Source: Ramazzottius varieornatus (taxonomy: Eukaryota > Animalia > Tardigrada). Taken from it: DNA of 64,000 bases. The stretch is from positions 1,059,036 to 1,123,035 of the forward strand of contig BDGG01000015.1 of NCBI GenBank assembly GCA_001949185.1, written 5' to 3'. Of this stretch, positions 41,969 through 63,840 are shown in pieces. The notes beneath the pieces are model-generated. The model ran no database searches. It worked only from the letters and a program-made list of their open reading frames with translations, and had not been told where the DNA came from. A program made the translations under genes and the position numbers. The stretch's first letter is position 1. Every line of letters starts with the position of its first letter.

Positions 41969-43036
41969 TATGGTAAGGTTCAGTTGCTTCTGCTGGAGTT
42001 CGATCGGAAGCAAAAGCTACGAGCTACCCCGAGCGCAACTGCCGCAGTCGATCGACGATGACGGGTCAATTCAGGCAAAACATTTATCATGCTAACTTCA
42101 TCCATGTTTCTGAAGATAAGATTAGAAAAATGCCCATTTAAGCTAACTTGACGGTAATTGTGAACACGTCCGGTGGAGTTTGTGGAACCGGTCGGCTGTT
42201 GGCTTGTGGTTGTGGTTGTGACAAGTTGCGGTTCGCGCAGTGGCGCCAGCGGTAGACTTCCAAATGGAATGCGCAGAAGACAGATGGCACTCACGAAGGA
42301 CATTCTGTAACAAACCGTTGGGGTTACAGGATGAGCTTGTGGTCACGAACAAATCCAGAAAGTGCTCGAACTAGTCTGTTTTTACGGGTCGCGTATCGAA
42401 TCGAAGCCTCTATTCCCGTCTTCAGAAGGATTGATACTTTGAAATCGCTTACGGGGGCGTTGAAATTTAGAAATGAAAAAGCGTAGAGAAAATTTCGAAG
42501 GGGAGAGCATGGAATATGGAACTTTTTATGAGATATTTAGAATGGTACTCGCGTTTCAAAATGGCCGCTGCAGCAGGTTCCTGGTAAAGTTGGTGAACTG
42601 CAGTACTGCACTGCGCCCCTGTTAACAGCCGGTAACCACAATATTTTGACAAGCAAAGTCGCTACGTTGAATCTGGTTACATTTAAAGAAAACAGCTGTC
42701 TGTAGCATATCATTTGTCTCCCTATTTTTCCATATCTCTGGCTTGACTGCCAGAACAATCACTGCGTCACCCAATGTGCTGTTGCGCACATTCTCTTTCC
42801 TATTGAAAGACGCAAAAAGTCTCAGTCGTCTTTCAATGCCAAGATATTCGTCATCCAGGATACATCGCTGATTGGTAGCTGTAGTGCGCCGTTCGCCGCT
42901 TGGTCCTTCCGGTTCGCCAACGGCACTGCTGTCATCATGGAATTATTCCACAACCTCTGTGCAGCTGGATTCAAGTTAAATTTCGCAGTAACTTGCGGAG
43001 CCGTTATCATCTTGATAAATTATACAATCTAGAATT

Positions 43037-45319
43037 ATGGGACGACCTTTCAATTGTTGCTCGATGATCGGGAATACTTTTTGTCTTGCCGCAATTCTTA
43101 TGCAGATCTTTTGTATCTCGCGAACTGTTGCTCAAAGTATGGTTGTCCAGCTGCAAAGGTCGAAGAGGATAGATAGTCCTATCAAGGTGATTTCATGAGT
43201 GTTGTTGTAGATTGTGGTGGATCGTTGTTCGGAGCCGGAGTGTTCTACTATCCAGCAAACTACCCCGGAAACTATCCAGACTTTGCCGAATGTGTCTGGA
43301 CGATCACTTCAGCACCTGGAACAAGGGTATACACTCGACGATCATTCTGTCCACAAGTTGTCGTTTTATGGTTTCCCATGTGGCTCACTTAAGCTTACTG
43401 GTGGTAGATCCAAGTGCAGGTCAACGAGCCCTTCGGCATTCCAGGGCGAGACTTCCTGGTTGTGGTGGATGGAGTCTACGCCAACCGACCAGGAGCTGTC
43501 TGTGATCTGGGAACTTACTTTTCCTTCGGCGTCCAGGGCCAAGCTTTCATCCGTAAGTCTTTCACAAACCAAAACCGTTTTGGACTCCATCTGTGCAGGT
43601 CATAGTAGGCGCGACTGAAGTTCAAATCGACTTGTATCCTACAGTGGTACGAGCACAGAAAGCGGATTTTCCAAGTTTCACCTCCAGCACCAACTCGGTC
43701 AAAGCCATCTTCTGTGCCAATGGACAACGGGGCTCGACCATTCCACGACTGGGTTTTCGGGGCTCCTTCAGCAGTTTCCCCGATGGAAGCTCGCCCAACA
43801 TCATCACCGGCATCCCTGTCCCTCCGCCTCGGCCCACCATACCGGTCGTCACCCAGCCGCCCACCATATTTCCCCAGCCTCCAATTTGGACGCCACCACC
43901 TGTGGTCTTCACCACCCGAGCTACCATACCGACCTTCCCACCCACTCCACCTCCTTCGCCAGCTTTTGCCACCTGCGGACAACCCTCTTTCCCACCGGGA
44001 GCTGCGCGTATCATTGGCGGCAGCCCGGCTAGACTTGGCTCTTGGTACGTCAAAATCTCTGTACATTTATCCACCAGTTACGTTTCAGATGCAAGATTCA
44101 TTACACGTTCATATGGCTGCCAATCGACTAAGGAAAAGGGTTACTTGCAGGCCGTATATGGTAGCTTTGGTGGATTCAAGGTACAACGGTAAGAGAAGCG
44201 TGTGAAAAAGCAAGAAGATGTGGCGTATTTCACAACAGGTTATTTTGACATGGTTAGGGCAATTTTGCGGAGGGGTTCTGCTGGATGCGTGGTGGGTCAT
44301 GACGGCGGCCCACTGCGTTGTGGACAAGCCGGCACAGAATCTCCTTCTACGGATCGGTGCTGTGGACTTTAATGCTACGGTGGGAGATGCCAAGCGTGGC
44401 GTGGACTACCAGGCGGCCTTCACCGTTAGCCATCCCAACTTTGATGGAACTGCCTTCACCAACGATGTGGCCCTCATCAGGACAACAACGCAAGTGACCT
44501 TCACGCAGTTTGTTCGCCCCGTCTGCCTGCCTTCTCACACACCGCAAGATGGCGTTGTCTGCTACATCGCTGGCTTTGGACTAACGACACCATTGAGGAA
44601 GAAACGTATGCACTACTGGTCCAATTGTCAAGATAGGGGCTGTACAAGTCATATTGGAAATACGCTATTTCCGCCTCAACATCATTTTGCCAAGTGCAAA
44701 GCGGAAGTGTATGAGTTTGATGAGGATTGGCTATTTTTCCTGTAGGGCAGGTGAGCGTCTCGGGAAGTGGCTCGAATATCCTGATGGAGACGGACGTGCC
44801 TTTGGTGCCTCGCGCAACTTGTCAGGCCTTCTTTGATCAGGCTTTTCCCGGCTTGCTGAAAGTAACCAGCAGCCATGTCTGTGCTGGTAGCATCTATCCG
44901 GTGTCGCATGACTCGTGCAACGGAGACTCGGGTAATTGCACTGATTCCTTCCTTGCGGTACTGCACATCAATGACGTGGGTGAGGATATTTAAGGAGCCG
45001 CTCTATGTTTGCAGGAGGGCCGCTGGTCTGTCGCAATTCAGGACGCTACGAGATAGTAGGCCTAACTTCCTTCGGTATCGGTACGTGCGCTGCCTCCTAA
45101 CTGGCACTCATCATCGCATATTTAAACGCTTATTTACTCTGCTTATTGTCCTGTGTAGGATGCGGACGTACTGACGTTTTCGGTAAGCTTTAACCCAGTG
45201 CGTTTCTTTGCTTTCCTTTGATGTTGATATTTGTCTGTTCATACTCAGGTGCATACACTAACGTCTGGGAAGTATTGCCATGGATCAACGCCGTACGAGG
45301 CTTCCCTTCTGGGAAGTAG
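43037..45319 (+). CDS. Secreted CUB-domain + Pro/Thr linker + trypsin-like S1 serine protease
   Basis: Signal-peptide exon from ATG 43037; CUB (CGGSL...YPGNYPDFAECVWTI); Pro/Thr-rich linker; activation site R|IIGG; WPYMVAL; triad motifs TAAHC, NDVALI and DSCNGDS|GGPL (S1 Asp, so trypsin-like); micro-exon GCGRTDVF; last exon GAYTNV...WIN, TAG at 45317-45319. Confidence 0.9.
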
Positions 45320-45747
45320 CGTCTTTTGGTAGTACTTCGTTACCGGTTAGCTGCACCGGTTTTACGCTGGCCGACGAGGCGCTACTTTTTTGGCTTTTCG
45401 AAATTTCTTTCTTGTCAGAGGAGTGTCTATGGTGATTTTGGCGTTTATTTATAGTCGATCAAAAAAGGGGTTAGTCAAGCATTGAAACAGTCTGCCGTAA
45501 GTAACAACAACTCAAGCTGGTCAGAATCGTTTTGTGTTCCAATAGAAAACATGTTAAACATTGGCAATAATGCAACGAAAAAGAGCATTAATACTGTGTC
45601 CAAAGGCAGGTTATATCAAACGTCCTGCTTGACAACGTGAAAGGCGTGAATTGCATGATATTCTACACACAAACAAAATCCTGTATCGTAGGTGATGTAC
45701 AAAAACCAGGGTCAAACAAAAATAGACCATAATCAAAAATAGGTAGA

Positions 45748-55121
<9,374 letters not shown>

Positions 55122-55345
55122 TTTCCCGCTAGATGAATGACGACGAACTATATTCCGCTCGATATCTTTGGTCTGAAGAAGCGATGAAGTAGGCTACGAC
55201 ATGGTAGTGCTGTTGACCATCGAGATCTTGATGTCCTGTCCAGATTTCTTCACATGTCACATTTGAGGCTTGAATAATTTGGATGCGTAACAGCTGCGAA
55301 TCCCTCCCGTTCGACGTTTTACGACATCCTGTCCCGCATAAGATA

Positions 55346-55353
55346 TTCCCACG
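55346..55353 (-). promoter_or_regulatory. Consensus CSL/Su(H) site (CGTGGGAA) upstream of the Notch ATG
   Basis: TTCCCACG on + strand, ~225 nt 5' of the Notch start; a single 8-mer occurs at about chance frequency. Confidence 0.25.
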
Positions 55354-56374
55354 GCAAAGACGGAACCAACTGTTTTCCGTAACAAAAGACGAGTAATAAT
55401 TCCTGGACAGTGGCTTGCTCAGGTTTCCATCCACTACATATGCAGAGGAAAGACTTGCTTTCTTAACAAGCGACGGAGAAAGAGAAATTCCCTCCCCGGA
55501 GCAGACAAAATGGACGATCGGCTACGTCAAGATTTCTCATGTGAAAGAGCGAGGGGCGCTGAATAATGCGGCTTGCGAGAAAGTGCTTGTCTCTCTCTTG
55601 CGCCAGTCACATGCGCCATGCACGCCACTGGCTTTGTGAGCCCATATGCGCCGCCCATTGACCATCCACTGCCACTCCGCTCTCTTTATACAACACATGA
55701 AATTCTCTATTTAAAACTGCTGGACACCGGTCCAAATGTGAAGCATTCTAGCTACTCTATCCTTCCAGGAACTCGAGCGAGGTTTTGAGAATTCTGAAGA
55801 AACTTTGCTGCAGGAACAAAGGCACAAACTATAATTACAAAACTAGCACTTGAGGTTCTGGACCGTTCTTTAGCTTTTAGAATCGTCAAAAAGTTTGATA
55901 ATGTTCGGAAATTCAGTAAGAAAGGGGCAAAGGAAATGAGATCGCTTTAATCTGTAAATTAATCTGTAAACAAAAAGCGAAGGATTTTCGGAACGGGCAG
56001 ACAGTGGTCAGGTTTTTGGCACCATACAATGGCTTGCTCCAGACTTGTGACGGAGCCGCCACCTGTTGGTTAACCGCGCTGAACAAATGAGCCATGACGT
56101 CATCGTGCTCTACACTGCGCAAACAGCCGACTGCCACGCCTCCCGCATTTGTCAAGCTTATCTTCGGCTGATTGGTCCTTCTCTTGATTGTTCAGTCGCT
56201 GGTTGAACGTTCCATAAGGACCATCACCAAAATTCGTTAACTTTCTTCTTGCGTTTTCTGCAGGGATGCGGACAAGCTTCCGTCGTAGAAGCGCGTCCCT
56301 TTACCTGGCCTGACCTGCAGGAAAAGGCCCTCAGAAGATTTCTGTGCGGGAGTTGCAGTAGGAGAGGATCAACG

Positions 56375-59300
56375 ATGGAGGATGGTCGGGAGAACGGAGA
56401 CGTGGCAACGCAACCTGCGGAGAACGAGAAGGACTCCCTGGTCAGACAGGTGATACCCTACGTGGAGAAGCCTCTATGGCTGCATGGATACATGACCTTC
56501 TTCCTGCCCATCTACGGCTTCTGGGCCTACACCTCCCTGATGACGGATCTGTTGGCCGTGGAAATGGCCATGATCCTGCTGGCCGGCATAGGTGTGCTGC
56601 AGATTCTGGTTGTCCTCTCCTGCATCTGGTCGGTTGCCATCCGCTGCGCTCTAACCTGCACCCAGGTACGACATGGCTCGCTTGTTTATCTTTACCAAGA
56701 GTTAGGAAATCTGTTGTTGCAGGTGGACAATCCGAAGATGGCAACGGTAGTTCAAGTCATTCCGCTTCCTAATAACGGATCGGCAGAGCTCGTCCGTCTC
56801 AATCGCTTTCACGCTGATGTAACTTGTTCCATCGTGTCAACCTCGTCTTACAATGGACTTCTACTGATTGGGTGAAGCTTCGACTTGGCTAACTGATTTG
56901 TTGTGATTTTAGCCGTCTGCGGAGCATCCGTCGGAAGCTGTCATTGTCTGGTTCCTCTTCCAAAAAGTCAAGTTTGTCTACAACGAAATCAACGGAGACT
57001 TCAAACGTCCCCCTTTTCCGGTAAACTTGCCCTTCCACACCTACAAAGCCAGCAAGGGACATGCGGATGAGACGGCCAAGATCTACGAGAGAACGTTTGG
57101 ACGGAATAGGTGATGTCTTCCCTTTAATCTTGAAAGCGAAAGGCTCTTCCCAGAACTACTCTCTTTGAGTTATGCCATTTTTGTACGTTTTTCAGGCTGG
57201 AAATGTACGCTCCCAACTTCCGGGAACTCTTCACCGAACGAGCCACGGCACCCTTCTTTGTGTTCCAAGTCTTTTGTGTGGGGTTGTGGTGCCTCGACGA
57301 ATACTGGTACTACAGTGTCTTTACACTCTTTATGCTGGTCGCATTCGAAGCTACGCTGGTCCAGCAACAGTTGAGAAACCTCTCGGAGATCCGCAAGATG
57401 GGATACAAGCCCTACAACTTACAGGTACGAATCTTGTAGTCCAGATACGTGGGCTAAAGAAGAACCAGAAGTGAACCGAAAGTGAAAGAAGGCTACGAGA
57501 TCTGGAATTTTGGCCAATTGTTTTGGGTTGCTGGATGAGTTGGAAATGTTTATGGCGGTTGTTTATGGAGATGCCTTGTTGCAGGTTTACAGAAACAGGA
57601 GGTGGCGTCAGATCAGCACGGAAGAGCTGGTTCCGGGCGACGTTATCTCCATCATCCGTCGGCCGGAAGAGGATCGGCCAGTTCCTGCCGACATGGTGCT
57701 GCTGCGAGGTACTTGCATTGTCGACGAGTCGCTCTTGACAGGAGAGAGTGTGCCGCAGATGAAGGAGAGCATCGAGTCAATGGAAGACTATAGACGGTTG
57801 AACATGAACGAGCATGGCCGACTGCACGTCCTCTTTGGAGGCACCAGGGTGGTGCAGCACAGCGCGCCGGACAAGAGTACTGACAAGGACCTTGCCTCTC
57901 TTCGACCTCCCGACAACGGCTGTCTCTGCTATGTCCTGACCACCGGCTTCAACACCTCCCAAGGTAGTATAACGGCCTCCCTTCCTGACTGTCGTATAAT
58001 AATAAGATCAAAGAAGGAAACGTCTGTGGTAGGCTCTTTGCTGCGAACGATCATGTTCGGAGTGAAGCGAGTAACTGCCAACAATTTGGAAACATTCGGC
58101 TTCATTCTCTTTCTGCTGGTCTTCGCCATCTCGGCGGCTGCCTACCTGTGGATTGAGGGCTCGAAGGATGAGAAGCGCAACAAGTACAAACTCTTCCTGG
58201 AATGCTCCCTCATTCTGGTAAGCTTAAGTTGATGCCTTCTTTGACGGCATTCGGCGGGGCAAATCGAGTTGCGCCTTGAGACTTCTCCGTTAACACTTAT
58301 GATGCTTGTGCTTCTGCAGACTTCGGTGGTTCCTCCAGAACTTCCCATTGAGCTATCCTTGGCCGTCAACTCGTCGCTACTGGCCTTGGTCAAGCTGGGC
58401 ACGTTTTGCACCGAGCCTTTCAGGATTCCGTTCGCCGGCAAGATCGACATGTGCTGCTTCGACAAAACGGGAACTTTGACCAGCGATGTCCCCTTGGTGC
58501 AGGGCATAGCGGGCATTGCCGCTGATCAAGACAGCCAAGGTAGGGCAGAGCGCCAGTCTTCCTGTATGTGCCGGACGGAGTAGATTTTGTTGATGGTGGT
58601 AATGCGTAATGGTTGGTAGATGGAAGTCCGCCTAAGAGCCATCCATATGATTTGATATCGGTGGATGTGGTCCCTGCGGAGACCACTCAAGTGCTGGCAG
58701 CATGTCATAGTCTGGCCCTGCTAGACGACACGACTATCGGCGACCCTCTGGAGAAGGTGACGCTGGAAGCCATCAAGTGGAACGTAACCAAAGCTGACGC
58801 CGTCGTCCCTCTTAGGGGAAAACAGTCAGCCATCAAAATTCATCAGCGCTTCCATTTCTCCAGGTTGGCTTTTGCTGTCAAACTTCCACCACAAAATTGT
58901 TATTTATCCATGCAAATTTATCGTTTTATTTTGTTGATCATTCAATGAGTACAGTCCTACCTGTGAGATGTGACAGTTCAAACGCCCGATCTCAGTTCCG
59001 GACGGCACGTGTGTACACGGGGCTGCTCGCTATGCTGTTCGCATGAGACCGATCAGCTGTTCGGACACGCGCTTGATTACTTGATCAAGTCAAGCCATAA
59101 CCGGACGTCGATCAGCTGATCGTGCTGCGCAGTGCATGGCCAGCAGTCTCGCGCAGAAACACTGTTCGGTTGCAGAAGAAGCAATTGTCACATCTCACAG
59201 GTAGGACTGTATTGCATAATGGAGAAGTACAGTATTTGTCTTGTTTTTGTATAGTGCGCTGAAGCGAATGTCGGTGGTGGCGGGAACTTCTCAGTCAGGA

Positions 59301-61655
59301 AGGAGCGATGCCGAATACTTTGGTGCTGTGAAAGGCGCCCCGGAAACCCTTCGTTCGATGTTTGCCCGCCGTCCTGACAAGTACGACGACATCTGTCTTC
59401 ACCACACTCGAAGTGGCGCACGAGTGTTGGCCCTTGGGTAAAAGCTATTTCCTTCAGACATCTAATGTGTCAGGCCTGATTCTTACTCGCAGTCGAGTTA
59501 TGCATATCAGGTCGTAATGTGTTGTAGGCGGAAAAGTATGGGAAATATGTCGTCGTCGGCATTGCGAAGCCTTCGGCGGGACGATGTGGAATGCGACTTG
59601 GACTTTGTCGGCTTCTTGATCATCTCCACACCGCTGCGGCCAGAGTCGCAGGCCGTAGTGCAAGAGTTACTACAAGCCTCTCATCATGTAAGGCTATTTT
59701 TGGATTTATGCACTGTATCGCCAGCATTTTGTTCGCACTCCTTCCGTCAGCGCGCTAAAGTCTCTCTCCATAGATTACGATGATTACCGGCGACAACGCG
59801 CTGACAGCTTGTCATGTCGCCAGCGAGCTGGCCTTCTGCCAAGAGAAGAGCAGCCTGATCTTCGAGCCGGCACAGAATGGCTGGGAGAGCGTCCATGGCA
59901 GGCAGCTCCTTCCCTTTGAAACGGTCTTGGAGAAGGGTAGGGCCACCGATGACCTGTGCTTAACGGGTCCCGGCCTGGACTTCATCCAAGCCAATTACGA
60001 CCGCAGCCTCGTCAGGTCGGTCCTGCCCAAAGTCAAAGTCTTTGCTCGCTTCACACCCACTCAGAAAGAATGGCTCATCAATGAGCTGAAACACTTGGGA
60101 TTTGTGACTTTAATGGTGCGTTTAATTCTCCACATTACCACCCATTTCGTCTCAGCACAGACACTTGCCTCCTTCTACTGAAACTAGCGGTTGTGTTTCA
60201 CCGTAGAAATTCACATTCAGAATGTTCCTTAGGTCGGAGATGGCACCAACGATGTCGGGGTGAGCCAATACTAAAACAGTGATTCCGTTTGGAATTTTCT
60301 GGAATTTAGGAGTGTTTTTGGTGAAAATCGTTCGTTTTATGGGTGGTTTGTGGTAATTACAGGCACTAAAGCATGCCCACGTGGGTGTGGCGCTGCTGCA
60401 GAAGTCTGTGGTTTCGGTGGAAAAGTTGAAAGCCAGCATGGCCGATTCGTCGGGAGGCGGCACTCTCGTTCCACTTCAGATGCCCCTCGATCCCGTTCAA
60501 CAGAAAGAGAAGGACCTTCGCAAGAAGAAGGCCATTGCCACTCTCCCAACTCCACCGCCTCCCGTAAGACCTTCCAAAATCCAGTAGAAGTAGAATGTCG
60601 AAATACTTCCAGAAACACTCAGACGATGGTTGGGAGCTTTCTGACCGACGAAGCTCAAGCCAGATTCAGGACGGCTTTTTGAAGTCATTTTATCTGATGT
60701 GAGTTTGTATTCATGACAGGGTCCCGGAAGGAGGCCAGCTGCGCAAAGGTCTTCGGCACAAGATCGTCAAGCTAAACTGCAGCAGATGGTCCAAGAGATG
60801 CAGGACGAGCAAGAAGTGACGGTGGTCAAGCTGGGTGATGCCAGCGTGGCCGCTCCCTTCAGCTCCAAGATTGGCAGTGTCCGAAGCGTTTGCGACATCA
60901 TCAAGCAAGGTCGCTGCACGCTAGTGACCACACTGCAGATGTTCAAGATCCTGGCCCTCAACGCCTTGATCCTGGCATACAGCCAAAGCGTCCTGTACCT
61001 CAAGGGAGTCAAGTTTAGTGATACTCAGGCCACGCTGCAAGGACTCTTCCTGGCCGCCTGCTTCCTCTTCATCTCCCGCTCCAAACCTCTGACCGTCCTC
61101 AGTAGTCAGCGTCCGCTGGCGAACATCTTCAATGTCTATACATTGGTGACTGTTGTCTGCCAGTTCGCCATCCATTTTGGATGTTTGGTTTACCTCGTAA
61201 CGACAACACTCTCCAAATATTACAGGTTGGTCTTTCCAACATATTTATTGTAAAAAATTCTAATAGGCTTCTTCTTTTGTTTTCAAAGTTTGCCAGCCGA
61301 GCTGGACTTGGAAGCGGAGTTCGCACCGAACCTTCTCAACACGGTGGTATATTTGATGTCGATGACGCTGCAGGTCTCGACTTTCCTGGTTAACTACCGA
61401 GGGCGACCCTTCATGGTTAGCTTACTGGAGAACCGTCCATTGGTGTACAGTATTGTGATCTCGCTTACGGGATTGTTTGCATTGGCATCCAACACAATGC
61501 CCAGTGAAATTCGAGATCAATTTCAGATAGTAGCCATCCCCGATGAGTTTGTTCCGGGAGTGGTGGGCGCTTTAGCTTTGGACATTTTTGCAGCCTGGTT
61601 CGTCGATAGAATTTTGATGCTGCTGTGTGGCGAAGGAAAGCTCAAACAGCGGTAG
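56375..61655 (+). CDS. ATP13A1: P5A-type ATPase ATP13A1/Spf1 (ER transmembrane-helix dislocase)
   Basis: [98 protein letters not shown] and [21 protein letters not shown]; stop at 61653-61655. Confidence 0.96.
58952..59209. mobile_element. 258-bp Tc1/mariner-type MITE in an ATP13A1 intron
   Basis: Perfect 24-bp TIRs CAGTCCTACCTGTGAGATGTGACA (58952-58975) and TGTCACATCTCACAGGTAGGACTG (59186-59209), flanked by TA on both sides. Confidence 0.92.
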
Positions 61656-63737
61656 GAACATCATCTTTCGTCATTTGGTTTTTGAACATTTCTTAAGCGG
61701 CTTCTTCGATTCTTGTTTATATTTGATGAACAATTAAATTTTGTAGCGTGACTATGTCGAATGTGAGGAGGTAGGGTGACTAGGGTTCACTCTGTACAGT
61801 TGGATCAATTGGCAATTGGTATCGTTGGACAGAGCTTGTTGTTTTCGTCAAACGGATGCGCGCCGTGCCAATATTTACAGTAGATGCCGCATAATGTGTC
61901 CTTTTACTCCGTAGCTCTTTTCGAAAAGGCTGAGGCCTACCTGACGTTGCCGGATCGAATGGAGGAAAAGCCATCATCAGGCTATTATCGATTGGTTGCG
62001 GGGATGGCAATGAAAGGCCAACATATGGTGCGCCACCTGTTTCCGACAGCGGACAATTTTCCCTCAATCGACGAGTGCGCTGTCGCCAGCGCGGGCTCGT
62101 CCTGGCTCGACATCCTCATCATCATTGGCAGTTTACGGGGAGCTAGCCATGTTCGCCTTATTAATGCGTGCGAAAGACAGTATAGACATTAAAATTCTCT
62201 GGCCCAGGCGAGGGAGCAACAGCGATCGCGGTAGTCGTACCATATCGCTGAGTTTGTAACAAAATCGATCTCGCGCCGGCGTACTTGAGATGCCAGTAGT
62301 CTATTTGGCCTGCTGTTTGCCGTACACATCCAGCCTGGTGTTTCACACCAGTTCTTTCAATATCAAACTATACAATTACGATGTCGAAGAACTCGTGTAC
62401 TTGCACTACACGCGCCGAAATATCTTTTCACGGGCAACGAGGAAGGGCACTATGAAAATTACGCGCTCCGCCAGAGTGATGGCTCCGCTAAGAATATCGC
62501 GGACGCGCTTCCGTTTACTATAACCGTTGTTTGACTTGACCAGCACTTGCAACCCCCTTACTGCACCATGGAGAATTTGCTAATTTCCACCAAATCAATC
62601 AGGGAATAGGCTCGACAGTCCCAGTGACCAGCAACTGTAACACTGTGAGCCGGGCCAAGCTGCCAGTGCCTCCCAGCAATCATGACTGTTGCTGCAGCAG
62701 CCAGCTAGAGCCAGATAGGCCAATCGTACCGTTCCGTCCCTCCGTTTGAGTCAAGTATCGACGCCAACAGGCCAACAGGCACGGAGACTCGGTAGTCCGT
62801 ACACAGGCACGGGTTGTCGGGCCTTGCTGCCGCACAGTGGCAATTTCTCCACCAGTTCGAGCAGGCTGCCATTGGCACCAGTGTGTGTGTGTTGATAAGA
62901 CGCGTTTGTCAGTCCGATTCATAATCTTCTTCCGTTAGAGTCCCTCTTTTTATGTGGACGATATAAACTTAAATTGCCTTGGAGTTGGAGGAGGGGACAA
63001 ATTATCACTTAAACCTGTGGATCGTAACTTTGATGGGGCACATCTGTTGGTGTGCTTGGGTGCCGTGCTGTGTGGACGCTTGATCTATCCCTTTTTTCTG
63101 CGCTGCCATACCTGGCTGCCTGGCTGGTTGGATGTGTTTGAGTCACAGGAGGAAGAGCTAACACACAGCAGCTGGCAGCAATCGAACATTGCGCGCTGTG
63201 ATAATCGAGGAAGTGACGATCCGGACTCCGGAGTGGAAGGGAAGACTACAGCTGCCTAATGCATTATCCTGTATGTAATGTCATGTCATATGTCACCCAT
63301 GTGTATATTCTCCGATCAAATGGCTGATCCCATCCTTTTCCTTCGCTGCATATAATCGTCCCTGTGCTTCATCTGTTTAACTTTTTAGTGATTGTACTCG
63401 AAGCTGGTGGGTTTTACGTGCATGACGTGACGCTTTCATCGTTCGCCAGTCTTGGGGCTTTCAGCAGGAAGTAAGCACACGCAGGAAGAGGAAGAGACAT
63501 TGGGGCCTATCGCTCAGTGCAACAAATTGCTTATTATGCCAATGGCGTCTGAATAGCCCCTGTGCAGCCACTCTCCTCCCTCATCATTTGTCCCTCACGT
63601 TTAATCTCTCCTCTAGCCAAGGATCATCTGCTGGACCAAGCTGACGCTGGGGTTGAAACCAGGGATAAATTACCCGACTCGAAGTGCGCTTTAATTGGAC
63701 TACTCGTTCCGTTCTTCCAGCAGCCTTCTCACAAGAG

Positions 63738-63840
63738 ATGGCTGCCACTACCAGCAAGGATCCACCGACATCCAGCAGCAATAGCACGGCCAATAACAAC
63801 AGTAACAGCCGGCTGACTACGACGGATCGAGTGATCAAAA
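63738..63840 (+). CDS. PPP3C: First coding exon of calcineurin A (PP2B catalytic subunit); gene continues beyond the window
   Basis: Follows an acceptor (ttcttccag, ends 63720) and encodes MAATTSKDPPTSSSNSTANNNSNSRLTTTDRVIK, then a phase-1 GTAAGA donor. This matches the calcineurin A N-terminal motif LSTTDRVVK and, as I recall, the position of the first intron. Not in the ORF track. Confidence 0.72.

Noticed and set aside
63584-63838. Minus-strand ORF with a Leu-rich signal-peptide-like stretch, considered as a distant Notch exon 1 (which would nest ATP13A1 inside Notch)
   Set aside because: It has no ATG in frame and is the antisense shadow of the calcineurin Ser/Asn codons; a suitable Notch signal exon with a phase-matched donor exists at 55121-54995.
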